Shown here piece by piece: positions 14,003-28,024 of a stretch of 64,000 bases of DNA. Both the position numbers and the translations under genes were made by a program. The first letter of the stretch is position 1. Every line of letters starts with the position of its first letter. Source of the DNA: Eledone cirrhosa (taxonomy: Eukaryota). Location: assembly GCA_964016885.1 (NCBI GenBank), contig OZ024740.1, forward strand, positions 162,378,001 through 162,442,000, written 5' to 3'. The notes beneath the pieces are model-generated. The model did not search any database. It saw nothing but the letters and a program-made list of their open reading frames with translations, and was not told where the DNA came from.

Positions 14003-15182
14003 AGGGGTGGTGGAAGGGGGAAAGTAGGGGGCATGGTTTCCCCCAATAATTATATTTTTCTCCCCCAAATACCAAAACACACATCTATTTGTATATGCAC
14101 TACAATTTATGTACATGATGACAGATGGGAGAGATAGGTATGAATATATAGAGGGGGAGTTTGGTGATAATTGATATAGAGAGGAAGGTTGGGAGTGTGT
14201 TTTAATTATTAGATATAGAGAGGGGGAGAGATTGATGTTTATTGATTTAAACAGAGGGATTGGAAAAAAGTTCCATGTAGTAAATATAGAGAGGGGGAGT
14301 TTAGTGTGTGTTAATTGATATAGAGAGGAGGATTGGAAGAGAGTACCGTGTCGTAGATATAGAGACGGGGCGAGTTTGGTGTTCATTTCTATAAAGAGGG
14401 GGATTGGAAGAGAGTTTCGTGTAGTAGATATAGAAAGGTGAGAGTTTGGTGTTAAATCATATAGAGAGGGGGGGGGGGAGATTGTTTGTGATGGATAGAG
14501 ACAGAACGATTGCGAGAGAATTTGGTGGTTGTAGGTATAGAGAAAGGATAATAGGAGAGTGTCGTATAGTTGACATAGAGAGGGTTCCAAATAATAGGAG
14601 GGGTGGGAATAAGGGGGTGGGTCTTCGAAAATAGGTAATTGTATAGTTTACGTTCGTAAATATGGGATGTTTTGTAATGTTCTTATATTGTCGTATATAA
14701 TATGTTTTTAATATCAAATAAAATAATTGGACCTGGGAGTACTTACGGGATCATCAGACATGACTGGTGATCTTGTGAGTGGGTTTATTACTAAAGGCGA
14801 AGAAGCTCAATATATCAACTCCTCGGGAAAGGGTACAGAGTATTTTTTATCTATCTATCTATCTATCTATCTATCTCTATATATATATGCAGGGGGAGGG
14901 GAACTGTGTGTGTGTGTGGGGGGGGGGGCAACGGGTTATGCCTTCCCCCTCTAAATATTATTATAATAATTATTATAAATATTATTATAATCATTTTTCT
15001 CCCCAAACTACCAAAACACACATCTATTTGGATATGCGCTACAATTCATGTACATGTTATGTTTATCGCATATCAAGTTTTCTGACCATTTTAAAGAGCA
15101 GAGAGCTAAACTAATCACTACAACTAAATTGACTAAATTTGTCCTCCCCCTCCCCCAATTCAGAAATGCTTCCACCGCCCCT
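14003..15182. mobile_element. Putative MITE/composite (aggggYggtggaag TIR) enclosing a degenerate purine-rich minisatellite
   Basis: aggggtggtggaag (14003) vs cttccaccgcccct (15169-15182). Subterminal block is repeated at about 14050-14115 and 14990-15055. Units of roughly 65-70 bp at about 14140-14600. Confidence 0.45.
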
Positions 15183-15410
15183 CATTTAAGCTTGGTATAT
15201 ATTTCATTGATCTCTATTTCTCGAACAGTTAAGAGACATGAGATAACCCCCCCCCCCCCCCACACACACACATACCTGTCTGTCTGTATGTATGTATGTA
15301 TGTATGTATGTATGTATGTATGCATGTATGTATGTAGGTATGCATGTATGTATGTATGTATGTATGTATGCATGTATGTAAGTAAGTATGTATGCATATA
15401 TGTATGTATA

Positions 15411-16539
15411 TTCTTCTGATTTTATAATTTCACAAATTTGTTCCCAATAGAGAGAGAGTCGGTTTCTAACATAGACACAAGACCCTCTCATTGGAATTTA
15501 CACAGCATCAACTAGGTAGATATGTATGCATGTCTGCATGTGTAGATATGGATGTTATTGTATGTGTGGATGTGTATGTTTTGAGTTGTATGTGTGCATG
15601 TGTATATGCTTTGTATCTGTACATGTGTATATGCAGCTATTAGATGCAACATTTTTGGAATGTTTTACATATTTTTACTGTTCCATTAATGGATTGTACT
15701 TGTAATTTCCTAACTAGTTGTGTTCTTTATGTTCCTGTGAAGCCTAGCTTCTCAAGATTTGTATTGAGGCAGTTACTAACATGCCCCAGTGCCCCAATAA
15801 TCACAGGCATAAATCTGAAGGTGTAATCAGGGTGGAGTATCTGCAGATTTCTCATCAGTTCTGCATAAATATTCTCCTTTTCACTAATCTTTGATATTAT
15901 ATTGGCATCTGCTGGGCAGCTAATTTTCACTACTGTCCCATATCATAATATCTGGTTTGTTATGCCTGTATTTTATTGGAGTTTTTACTGGAACATTCCA
16001 CCATTACTCTTTCATATTATGTACATGGATGTCTTCCACATTGCTGTAGCTTTTAATGTGTTTATTATCGGGGCTATCTTTTTTACGAACTGCATTGTAC
16101 AGTGTTTTGGCCACTACATCATGCCTCATAGGTAGATAGTACCGCGATGACATCTTTGGACATCTTTGGTAGATATTACCGCGATGACATGGGTGACATC
16201 TTCGATGTTAATTCTTCAGAGTCTGCACTTGTTATCACATCTAGGTGTTTTGCCTGCATCCGTATCTCATTTGTGAATCAGGTATTTCATGTTAATCTCC
16301 TGTTCTTGGATTGCAAAAGCGTATCCTTCAAAGTGGGAGCCAATATAGCGGTTGTTGGTCCAAGATAGACTACTTTCCTTATCTATATTACTCTCACTCT
16401 GGAGCTTCCTGGCAACATATCCATGCATGATTTTTTGCTGATAAGCATGCAGTTTTTCATCCATGGATTCACTGCGATACTGCTGAGCGACTTCCCTGGG
16501 TGTGAATTTTTGATTATCACACAGGGAATATCTCTCGAG
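15411..16539 (-). mobile_element. R4/Dong-clade non-LTR retrotransposon, 3' fragment (CCHC + restriction-like endonuclease), frameshifted
   Basis: Reverse-complement homologue of 37633-38933: HGYVARKL...EGYAFAIQEQ, RHD, ISCPADAN...PVIIGALG. Flanked by (TATG)n. Confidence 0.85.
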
Positions 16540-16639
16540 ATATATGTATGTATATATGTATGTTTAAAAGTGCACCATTTTCTATAATCTGACAAGCGAT
16601 TGCTATACCCTTAGCAGAGTTGCAACCACCATATATGTA

Positions 16640-16928
16640 TGTATCGTCACCCGAAATGTTCGTAAACCGAAACGTTTCTTTTTTTTTATACGAAATGTTG
16701 GAAGATAAATGCAGTAAGTGCGAGACAGTGTGTGAAAGACAGACAGATATCGTCATAGTAACTAATTACTCAGCATCTGACGCTTTCCCCTCGATACCCC
16801 TAGCTTGTTTCGAACCGTTGTTGCTGGCTTCCGTGTTCGTTACTCGAAAGGTTTTATGTTCTAAAAGATTTTTCGTTTGGATTTCTTCCTGATGAGTGGT
16901 GTTCGTGAACCGAGGTAGGTCCCACTGT
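16640..16928. mobile_element. Tc1/mariner (pogo/Tigger-like) MITE remnant
   Basis: Repeated gttcg(t/a)aaccga motifs and an end gttcgtgaaccgaggt..ccactgt next to TA. Confidence 0.5.
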
Positions 16929-16956
16929 GTATATATATATATATATATTGTATATA

Positions 16957-17129
16957 TTAGAAAGTGAGGTTTTTTTTACAAAATGAAAAATAACCGAGGT
17001 ATCCTACACGAGTGAAAGTATAAGGAAAAAAGATGAAATCAAAAATGCAACTTGAGTCTTTTTAAAAAAATATATATATTTATTTATTTGATTCCTTTAC
17101 CGATTTCGCAGTTCTTCTGCTTTTCAAAA
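16957..17129 (-). mobile_element. PLE pLTR 3' fragment with U3-A8 hammerhead (17094-17129), same family as 29553-29760
   Basis: Minus strand: TTGAAAA-gcagaagaactgc-GAAA-tcggt-A-aagg. TA-flanked. Confidence 0.7.
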
Positions 17130-17149
17130 TATATATATACATATGTATG

Positions 17150-17340
17150 TAAAAGGTAAACAGAAATAACAACACAAGGAATATATTAGGTTAACGCTTG
17201 AAATAGCAGGAATAGGGTCTTAACGTTTCGGACGCTACTCTTTCTTCAGAAGAAAGAATGAGAAATAAAATCGATTGAAGAGACGGGAGGGGTGGGATTG
17301 GAAAAAATGTCTTTAGATAAAAATAACAGGTCCATTCATG
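17150..17340 (-). mobile_element. PLE pLTR fragment with hammerhead (about 17217-17254), same family as 57111-57290
   Basis: Minus strand: CTGAAGA-aagagtagcgtcc-GAAA-cgtt-A-aga. The second copy has an intact stem II ggac-tacc-gtcc. Confidence 0.65.
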
Positions 17341-18109
17341 TTGATACACACACACACACAAACACACACACACATATATATATATGTATGTATAGACACA
17401 TACACCCACCCACACACGCATATATATATATATATATAATTGTTATTATGAGGTTGAAGGGTAGCTTCAATTGCGTTTTTTAGCACCATGGTGGGCAGAA
17501 GGAATGCTTTTTATCAGATTGAAGAACATGCCCAAATGCTTGTATTAGACTGGCTTCCCCACCTAAAGAATCCCTCGAGTCAGGTGGTTGTGTTAAACCG
17601 AGTAAGAATTAATTTTACTCTATTAAAACAATAACGAATCCCCTTGTAGACTTTCCAACAATTTCCCTTTACCAAATGTGATTCTCAGAATATTGCTTGA
17701 CCTGAAAATATTATAGAAGGTGATGTAGATTAGGATTTAGTTCGAAACTTAACATCATAGTTATACTTGTGCCCTTCCAGCCCCACGCTAATATTAATAC
17801 GAAGAGCTGTATTTCGTACTCATTTCATACGATGCTTATTATTAAATAGGTAAATTGGCAAAACCCTTAGACAATCGGACAAAATGATTTGCAACATTCT
17901 AAATTCAAATTTTGCCGAGGTCAACTTTGCCTCTCATCCTACCAGGGTTGATAAAATAACATATTGCTCACAAATTTTTCCTACCTAAGTAAACGACTTT
18001 GTTTTGATAGATGACTTGAAACTGTTCGTATGAAATAATGATGAAATAGATTTTTCCACAAGAAAAAGTATCTGGACTTGATGAAGACATTAAGATGAAA
18101 TTTAAGATT

Positions 18110-18365
18110 GAAAGGTAAGGTAGTTTAAAATGGAAGTAAGGAAGATAATAGAAAGTGTTGGGATCCAATTACCAGAGATGGAATTTATAAAACAGGTTGA
18201 TAGATCAGGTTATAAAAACTTATGTACAACAGAGATAGATAAGATAAATGAGGCTAACATGAAATATCTTTTTAGAAGGAAATACTTCGGAATGTTAAAA
18301 TTGTTATCTAAATATAGAATAAGTGGAAAGAAATAAGATGTGCCATATGAACACATGGGGCGTTT
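18110..18365 (+). mobile_element. Degraded R4/Dong-like RT-downstream fragment
   Basis: VGIQLPEMEFIKQVDRSGYKNL...EIDKINEANMK...LKLLSKYRISG resembles the GIxLP...YKYLG.E.D.I region of R4-clade ORFs. Confidence 0.55.
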
Positions 18366-19300
18366 ATCAGAGGTAATTATGTAGAATCGTTAGAGAGTTG
18401 GACGAAATGCTCTGCGGTAATTAACCTGGCATTTTGCGTTCTGATTTCAAATCCCACCGAGGTCAACTATGCCATTCATCCTTCTAAGTTGATAGATAAT
18501 GAACCAGTCTTGGTTAGTGGAGTGGTGCAGTCGTTAAAGCGTCGGGCATTTGTTTCTATTTTTTTTTTCTGGCTTTCAAATCTCGCCCTGATCAACTCGC
18601 TCTGACGATTCAATCATAATTAACCTTGAACAATCATTCTGTTTGTCAGGATATGTTTTTAAGCGTAATGCTTTTTGACAATCTTAAAAGTGTAGAACAG
18701 AATCGAAGACATAATAAAAAAAAAAATTCAATATAACGAAACAACATGGGGAAGATCTATAAATGTCTGCATCAGAATAGTAGTAAGAACATTTAAGAAC
18801 ATTTATAAAATGTGGAATGTTTTCCGGGGTCCTGCTAATACTGAATACATGGTAGAACATGGCATATGGAGCCCAGTTTGAAATAACATTTAGAATGAAG
18901 AGTTTGTTTTAGGAAAATGCCTTAGAGTTGACAAAAAATATCGGATCAAATTAAGTGAGGTCAGAATAAATGACAATTGAGGGGATTAATGACATGATGA
19001 GATTCACATCATAAGCGATCCGGTCACGACTCCTGTCAAAACTTCTCTGCTAATTGTGTTCATACAATTTTCTGCCTTTTCCATTATGTTGTAGTCTCAC
19101 AAACAACAATCCCAGATTCTCAAACTTCAAATTTGTTTAAATAATTTTATTAATATCGAGAAAGGTTCGGGACTACCTGCAGTAGTGAAATGACAAAGAA
19201 TGATATGAAAAAGTTGGTGATACCTACGTTATTAGTTGTAGCCCGGTATTTCGTAGTATAACCGACCTAAAACAACATCAAAGCTAGTCGTGAAGATGAT

Positions 19301-19518
19301 AATAATGGTTTCTGATTTAGACACAAAGCCAGCAAATTTATTGGAGGGGAAAAGTCGATTAAATCGACTCCAGTGCGCTACTGTTACTTTATTTTATCGA
19401 CCACGTAAAGATGAAAGATAAAGTTAACCTCGGTGGGATTTGAACTCAGAACGTAAAGGGATGTAATTCTATGCTGCAAAGCATGGTGTCTGATGCTCTA
19501 CCGATACTGCCAATTCAT
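19301..19518 (-). mobile_element. tRNA-derived SINE (dominant family)
   Basis: Same head, core and tail as 8171-8338. Older diverged relatives lie at about 13500-13650, 17855-17960 and 18378-18600. Confidence 0.85.
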
Positions 19519-20514
19519 CTCTGAATCTTTCCAATTTCAGTATATGTATTGCTGAAATAACGATTATAATAATAATAATAAACGAGAAATAAATATATAA
19601 AGAAGATAAGAAAAAAAAAACAACGAAAAGGAGCTAAGAAAAAGAGAGGGAGGCTGAAAATATATATGGAAGACGAGAATGAGATTAAATATTCAATAAT
19701 GACTGATTAGAATATGTTGGTAAACTAAATAAAAGCACTGGAATATTGTCCGACTGTTTAAATAGGGCGGTAGAAAATTTGGTAAAATGACGTTTATTCC
19801 AGAATTGAGAAATCAAAACAACATCGAATAAGAGGAAAACGTAACGAATTTTCCATAAAAAATTAAAGCTCATTGAACATCAGGTTAATCTGATTTAAAG
19901 ATGTAAGAAAAGATAGAGACGAAAGTTGTCCTGTTCGTTACATATGTTTAAAACCAAAAACAAAAGAAAGGCAAATGTTCTCTGAAGAATTATTGCGGAT
20001 TATGAAAGAAAAGCAGCTACCCGATATTACATACCTTAGGGGGTTTATGCTATAAATAAATTGAAACTGTTCCAATTTTTAAACAGTTTTAACAATAAAG
20101 GCGAATGAAGCAAAAAAAAAACAAAAAAAGAAAAACAATGGCGGCTTTCTATTTAAGCTTCTTAAGTTGCTTACTCAGTTGATAAAATATGCGTACCGAC
20201 CGGCTTAAATATTATGGGGGAAAGTTGGCTGGAGGTTAAAATATCAATATCATTAAAGTTAACTTGAAAATGGCGGAGACAGATTCTTCTGTGGAAATAC
20301 AAAACAAAGATGTGTGTATACCTATACATATACAGTATTTAAGTAATATCAAGATGGATACATAGACAGACACAGACGCACACACACACACGCACACGCA
20401 CACACACATAAACACACATGCACACATCTATCTATCTAATAAGCAATTTCTCTCTCCCTCCTTCCCTCCCTCTCTCTTTCTATATATATATACACACACG
20501 CAAACACACATATA

Positions 20515-22051
20515 TCTATATATATAAAACAGAGGATGTCTGTGTGTGTGTGTCTGTCTGTGTAAATCCCTAAAACTCGAGAAGTACCCGACCTATTTTG
20601 TTCAAACTTTACACATGTGTTACTTATATTTCTTGAAGTTCAAAGGGCTAAACATTTAAACTTTTTCTGCCCTAGGGCCTATATTAGGAGAAAAACCGCG
20701 TTTTAAGGCATTCTTAGGCTTTTTTGAGGCGTAACTTAAAGGTAATCCAGCCGATTTACACGAAATTTGCAGCATACATTAATTAGTCCCCACGCATTGC
20801 TTTGGACAAAGAAAATTTCCGATTCCATTAATGGTTTCTAGGAAATTTACGAATTAACATTGGGCATTACAGGCCTTTTTCATTTTCAATATAAACGCTA
20901 CTTAAACATCGTAAGTAGCGTATAATATTTCGTTAAAAATTTGGTTTATTTAACAGAGGACACAACACTTACTTACTTTTAAGCAGGACCATTTTCGGGG
21001 GATTGAGGAAATGAGGAGGACCTTAACATTTTTGTCGGCGCCCTGTTGACGCTTCGTGCTTTCATCACGCGCAAATCCGGGCCCTGTGTACGTTGTCGTG
21101 TTATTGACACCGTAAAACTCACGTCTGTGCTACTTCTACTAAGACCCCTTTTGTTGCACCTACATCGCAGTATGAACGCCCTGCGCAAGTACGCCGAACA
21201 ACGGTTGTGCTAATTCCGGAGTGGCCCCTTTTGTCGCACCTTTGTTGCTGTGCAAAAGCAGTGCAACCAGTGCCGCCCATCGTTTCTGCTAATTGCACTA
21301 TGACCCCTTTCTGCTGCAGCTGCGTTGCCACGCTGATTTCGTCATCTCAATATCCCTACTTAAACGTATATCCCTACTTGGTTTTCACACAATTGACTAC
21401 GTCGCTCCTTCAGACTAACGTGTGTTCCCCATCCGTGACGCAATTCGTGAACAGACTTACGACATACATCGCCCCACAACACTTACTTACTCCTTTCGCA
21501 TACAGGATTTCCGCAATCAGCCCACTGACACTGCTACTACTGGTGTCCCTGCTCGAGATCAATCCTCCACTCATCCCACAGAAAGTAGGTACGTACACTA
21601 TACTTTTTTCACCAGTTTTAAGTAACTGCATTGACTACGACGCCTTTCAATAGCCTAGCACTTCATTTACGCCCACTTTTAGTTTTCGTGGTGTTGTATA
21701 CGTTGTGGAGCATTAATTCTAGCTACTTTGCCAGTTACAGTAGATGACTGGGTGCGAAACTATAAAACTCGAAAAGTACCTAACCGATTTTCTCCAAATG
21801 GAAGAAAAATCATACTCTAAGATTTAGTACGCTTAAAGAGTATCCAGCTGATTTTCTTCAGCTTTTGCACATGCATGCAGATGTTTCATGATTCGGGCCT
21901 GCTGGTGATCTACGTTTCCAGTAGATGAACAATCATTCCCTGAGAATAAGGGAATTCAAAAGATACACAGCTACATTCCTCAATCTTTGCATATGCGTGT
22001 TGCTATTTCACGTTTCCTACCCCGTGCTGCAACGCCGGGTCCTGCTGCTCG
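20515..22051 (+). mobile_element. Non-autonomous Helitron with captured GC-rich internal segment
   Basis: 5' a|TCtatatatataaaac. 3' hairpin cccg..cggg followed by CTCG|t (CTRR-like). Inserted between A and T, no TSD. Internal motif aaaactcga(g/a)aagtacc..cc(t/g)atttt recurs at about 20572 and 21764, with related copies at about 20735 and 21832. Confidence 0.75.
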
Positions 22052-22130
22052 TATATATATATACAAGTGAGGGTAGATAAGGTTTTGTTTCTGTATATCA
22101 AGAATGAATGCTTATATATATATATATATA

Positions 22131-22627
22131 TTGGTAAAAGGAAAAGAAAATGCTGACAAATTGTTCCCAGTGAAAAATAGTTTAATTAGGAATAAGTAAA
22201 AATTAGTAATAGTATTGGTTAGTATTCAGTTTTGGTTTTAAGTTTTACCGGTTGCGCATTTCTAATGCTTTTCAAAAATAATTTTGAGATAGAGCGCCCG
22301 TGATGTTTGCTCTAATCTGATTAGTTTTGGAAATTCTACCTGTTTTATGTAAAAAAAAGTGGCTCCAGATGTATGAAAACATTCTTATGGTCAAAACAAT
22401 TTTGATTGGTCGGTAGAGGTCATGTGAATGTTAAAAATTGATTTTGCGCCAAATGTAGGTTTGTCTAGGCTGACTTAGAAGTCACTGAAAAATAAGTCTT
22501 TCAAGACAAATATGTGTGTGTGTGTGTGTAGTAGTAGTAGTAGTAAAGAGGTTCGTTGTTGTGATAATGGTCAGCAGGGATGTGTGTGCGAACCGCAGCC
22601 TGTTGACAGTTCAAATGCCTATTAAGA

Positions 22628-22681
<54 letters not shown>

Positions 22682-25600
22682 TGTGTGTGTGTGTAATTCG
22701 TGGTAGAGGGATGGTCAGTAGGAATGTGTCTGTACGTGTGTGTGGGGGATATTTTAACATGTTAAAAGATATTTTTCAGCTCTTGTCTTATACGGAGAAG
22801 TGTGTGTGTGTGTGTGTCTCTTTGTATGTTAATGTACGCGTGTGTATGTGTGTATATATGTGTGTGTGTGTGTGTGTATATATGTGTGTGTGTGTGTGTG
22901 TGTGTGAGAATGTGTGTGTGTGTGTGGGTGGACCAGTATTTTTGTGATACTGGTAAAAATGGTGTACATTATTCGATATTTTCAGTAAAAACGATTCTCT
23001 CAATTGAACATCAAAAACCTTAATAATAAAAGGTGTGAAATGATAAATAGTATTGGCATAATACCAAGGTGTGTGTGAGTGTCCAGATTGTACGTACTGT
23101 AAGGGAAATCCATTAGGCCTTGCCGTATTGGAATACTTGTGTACAAATATGTATGTGCCAATCAGTGTGCAATGCATGTGTGCGTATATGTATGTGTGTG
23201 TGTCGGCACGTTTATATCTATAGACATAAAAAGGTATGCAAATTTGTGTATATTTGTGTTGCATCATAGAACATGTGTGTTTACGTATGTCATTGTGTTT
23301 ATATGTGGGTAGAGATGTATGCTGATGTAGGTAGGTATGTTGACGTGTGTATGTTGTGGGTTCGTCTTAGGGAGAAGTGTTTAGACGGGGTCCGTATTTG
23401 TTAATAAAGTGAGATTCCTTGCTGATGCACTGGGTATGGGTGGCATTATCTTTAAATTTGTAGAGGGGAAAGATTCTGAAGTTGGGATGATTTTGGGCGG
23501 CACAGGTATCAATGTGTTCACTCAGTGGTATTTTCCTGTATTCCCGTATTTTGATTTGGGATCTATGGACAGTCATGCGTTGGCGGAGGCTGTTTTTGGT
23601 CTGGCCTATGTATTGTTCTCGACAACCTGAGCAAGTTGATACATATATTAGATTTTCTGATGCGCATGTGAAATTGTGTTTTACTATAAAACGTTTTCCT
23701 TCTTTGAAATATAATTGAGAACCCTCTATTAGGTTGATGCATATCCCACAGTTGGGTCTATCGCATTGTTTTATTGTGGGTTTCGTTGTTGTGGTTGGCA
23801 GTACTTTGGCATATGTTAGGATGTTTTTCATTGACTTAGATTGTCTTTTGCTCTTTATGATATCGTGTGTTCGTAGGATTTGGTTCATTCTATGGTCCTT
23901 TTTCAACACAGGGATGTTCTGGAGGATGGTGTCAAAGGCCTCATTGTTGAGGGGGTTGTGTGTGGAGATGTATGGAAAAGCTTTTAGTTTCGGTTGATTT
24001 ACTTTAGGGTGTCTAAGGTCCTGGGTACTGAGTTTTAGGGCTCGTTGGATTCCATTGTCAATTAGTGATGCAGGGTAGTCCCTGCTTATGAGTGTGTCCT
24101 TTAGTTCTTGTAGCCGTAAGTAGCAGGTGTTTTTATTAGAGACTATAGTACAGATTCTCTTGGCTTAGTTGTAGGGAATATTAATTTAAACGTGTCTAGG
24201 GTGGCAAGAGTTGAAAGGAAGATATTGCTTGGAGTCTGTGGGCTTGTAGTATATGTCTGTTTCTATTTTTTTGTTATGGATCTTAATGAGGATGTCGAGG
24301 AAGGGGAGTTGTTGATGGCTGTATTCCATCGTGAAGTTAATATTCGTGTTGAGCCCATTTATAAGGGTGTGAAATTCTTTAAGTTTCTCGATGTTTTCGT
24401 GCCAAAGGATGAAGCAGTCATCTAGATATCGCTTCCAGTTCCTTTCTATGTGTAAGTGGAGAGTGTTTCAAAATTTGTTTAGTACTTTAGAGTAGAGGGT
24501 GATTTCCAGGTATCCCATGACTAGGTCGGCATAAGTGAGGGCTGTTTTCGTTCCCATAGCGGTCCCAGATTTCTGCCTGTAGGGTTTGTTATTGAAAACG
24601 AAGTAATTGTTCTCCAAGATAAATTTGAGTCCCTCTATCACGAATTCTTTTTTGATGCGTTGTGGGAGTTCATTGTGGTAATTATCCATCCAGAATTGGA
24701 TAGCTTCTATTCCTAGGTTGTGGGGGATGTTGGAGTATAGGTTGACTACATCGAACGTCACTAGTAGGGTTTGTTCAGAAAGGGGCATATTAGGGAGGTG
24801 ATTGAGCATATCTAGGTCGTCCCTTATATAGCTTTTGATGTGTTTGAGAAAAGGCTTGAGAAGGGTATCAATGAAGTTGCTAAGGCGGTGGGTTTCGCAA
24901 GCGGGGCCTGCTATTATAGGTCTTAATTTGAGATCATTGGGTGAGGGGACATTGATGACTATGTCTGTGGCTTCCTTGCATGCCTTACTTATTAATTCGC
25001 TTTTATGTACTTTAGGGATACCGTAGAAAATGCTGGATTTACTTGTGAAGTCTGTGATGAAGCAGAATTCCTTGTTAATGAGTCCTTCTTTGTATTGGTT
25101 GATCAGAGTTTTCAGGTTTCTCATAATTTTCTATTGATTGTAGTGTTCAGCCTTTTCGTAGTATGTTTCGTTTTCCAAAGTGGAGAGCGCTAAGTTGATA
25201 TAGAATTCTGTCTCCATTAGGACTACTGTACTCCCTTTATCAGCCTCTTTAATTGTAATGGTTCTGTCGGTTTTTAATCTATTTAATTCTTCCCATTCTT
25301 TCTTGTTGAGGTTTGGCTTGTGTTTTTGTCTGTGCAAGTGTTGGTAAGGGAAGTTTGTGATGTGTTCACAGAATTCGTCCAGGATTTTATTTCTACCTTT
25401 TGATGGGGTGTAATTGCTTCTATTTCTGGCTAATGATTCATCCTCATTGTACTCGTCGAATAGTTCTTCACTGAGTCGTAACTTTCTACAGTAACTTTCT
25501 ACAGTAACTTTCATAGTAGTTAGGACGTAGTGGGGTCGGTGTGAATTTAAAACCTTTGGAGAGTAAGTTGATAAGGTTGGGTGTTGGTTCTGCACTAGTT

Positions 25601-26245
25601 AGATTGGTAATTTTTATTACTCTCGGTTTCTCCTCCCTGTCTTGTGTTATTTTGTTTGCCTGTATCTGTGTGCTGTGTCTAAAAAATGGTTGGGGTAGAG
25701 GGGTTGTCTGCTGATGTTAAGTAGTCTCCTGTGTTTGTTATATTCCTTGTTGTAAAATGTGGTTCGGGTTCGTGGTTGTAGATTGAATGGGGTGTTCCTC
25801 TATTGCGAGTATGGATGTGTGTTTCTATGTGCCATGTTGGATTGTGGTGTTATAGGTGGCCTTCGTTGTTGGTTGTATCGTGTGGTGTGGGTCTGTTGTG
25901 TATTGTGGAAGCGAGAGTTGAGCAAATGGAAATTACCTTGCTGCCCCCTTGAAGCGGGGAAGTTGTTACATCTATCATGGTGGTGGTATCTTTTCCCTAT
26001 GTTTGACGATGAGGCATCCGCGTAGTAGTTGAGTGATTTGGTATGGTGTCTCCTTGAAGGGGGAAAGTTGTAAATGTCATTCTGGGGGAGATGATTTCTA
26101 GGGTTTTTGTTCCTTCTTATGGTAGCGAGGTTGGGAAGTTCATCTTTGGTGTGGTGCTTCCTTCTTCTTTTGTTAGTGGCTTGGGGGTTTGAGAAGTTGT
26201 TGTGCGGTTCGGTTATGGGTTTTTCTATTTTTATGAACGGGTTAT
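22131..26245 (-). mobile_element. Near-full-length Penelope-like element (Neptune-like), frameshifted RT + GIY-YIG
   Basis: RT motifs IKEADKGSTVV, FYGIPKVHK, LRPII, TFDVVNLYSNIP, GTAMGT, RYLDDCF. Cys linker CDRPNCGIC, then NLIY..CSGC..QYIGQT..LRQRMTVH. Degenerate hammerhead at 22243-22278 near the 3' end. TA-flanked. Confidence 0.92.
23367..25595 (-). pseudogene. PLE reverse transcriptase-GIY-YIG polyprotein, broken into at least 4 frames
   Basis: ORF pieces 25131-25595, 24468-25124 and 23367-23909, plus the thumb region (DIYYKPTDSKQYL..SCHP) at about 24000-24460. Confidence 0.9.
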
Positions 26246-26317
26246 TGGAGGTGTAATCCGTTTGAAAAGTCGATATATATATATATATATCCACAATGCT
26301 TCAAGCAAACTTCAATA

Positions 26318-26425
<108 letters not shown>

Positions 26426-26462
26426 CATATATATATATACATACATATATATATATATACAC

Positions 26463-26500
<38 letters not shown>

Positions 26501-26512
26501 ATATATATATAC

Positions 26513-26543
<31 letters not shown>

Positions 26544-26544
26544 G

Positions 26545-26601
<57 letters not shown>

Positions 26602-26637
26602 TATATATATATATGTGTATATATATATATGTATATA

Positions 26638-26717
<80 letters not shown>

Positions 26718-26938
26718 CTTTTCAAACGGATTACAACTCCAAGGTTTTTTATATGAAATCGTGTGTCGAAACAAATATTGTTATACTTGGGGAGGATCAT
26801 ATTGTTGTAATAATATTGCCAGAAATAATAACAGAACACACTCACTGTTTGGTTGGATTTCGCTTCTGTATCTTTTATATCTCCATAGTTAATTTATTTG
26901 GCAATTAATGTTTATGATTGATTGACCAACGTTTGAAA

Positions 26939-27047
<109 letters not shown>

Positions 27048-27050
27048 TAT

Positions 27051-27092
27051 CAAAGTTCTTTCGTTGCGCATCTGCAATATCATCAGTGGTCC
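27051..27092 (-). ncRNA. Hammerhead-like motif, probably truncated or decayed
   Basis: Minus strand: CTGATGA-tattgcagatgcgcaac-GAAA-gaactt. Stem II is good, stem I poor. Confidence 0.45.
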
Positions 27093-27308
27093 TATTGTAT
27101 TGTATTGTATTGTAATGACTACATCATTTGTATAAAAGACACAGAAGCGAAAACCAACCAAACAGTGAGTGTGTTCTGTTATTATTTCTGGCGGTGGATT
27201 GGCAGTATCGGTAGAGGTTCGGACGCCATGCTTTGACGCATAGAGTTACGACCTTTGAAAAAATGTCTTCTAGTTACTACTTTCCCAAGAAGGATGGTAC
27301 GGTAGTCA

Positions 27309-27491
27309 AAATACTCGTTCAGTTTCATATTTATTATTATTGGGGCTACAGATTATATACCAATCCGCCTGGACCAAAATATTACTGAACTTGGATTCGT
27401 GGAGTCAGAACGCAGCTCCTTAATTCGTAAGCTACAAATGGCCAAAATATCTGGAACCTTCAAAGTCTCTAAAACATTCTTAGCATTCTAA
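27309..27491 (+). mobile_element. C-terminal fragment of a second, diverged R4/Dong family
   Basis: KYSFSFIFIIIGATDYIPIRLDQNITELGFVESERSSLIRKLQ...GTFKVSKTF* aligns by eye with YTFRFMPVIIGAL..LNTNLDNLGFTGTERTQLVRKLQ. Confidence 0.7.
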
Positions 27492-27980
27492 GGATGAGTA
27501 ATTGCACAAGAGACGACTAAAATAGCCGGTCGAAAATAAACTCAAAATTAAGAGAACGAGACAAAACATACATAGATACTTTTAAAAAGCCGTTTACATA
27601 AATTGAATATTAGTTTTTATGCAGCTTGGACTGCCTGTGAATCTTGATGAACCTTGGAATGTCTCTTTAGGTCCCCTAGAGATTTGCAGATCTTATGGCA
27701 TATGTGGCATTGATAAGGGTAAACTGGTTTGTATATTCTACACTTAATAAGAAGTGCCCCATTGTGCTTTCATATGAGATGGACGTTAAGCCACTGACAG
27801 GTACACTCTGCCACAAACTATACAGGTAGAGCAAGCTCCATTAATTTCAGGTTCCCTTAGTGGCTCTTTTTTTCTTATATTCCTCTTAACCCGTTTTGCT
27901 CACACATATGTGCATATATCTTTCCATTATTCTTTTACAGGTTTTAGTCAGGTGATTGCGGGCATGCTGTAATACATGTA

Positions 27981-28017
<37 letters not shown>

Positions 28018-28024
<7 letters not shown>

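Noticed and set aside
13817-14590. 257-aa minus-strand ORF
   Set aside because: Arises from a degenerate minisatellite and MITE end; no domain.
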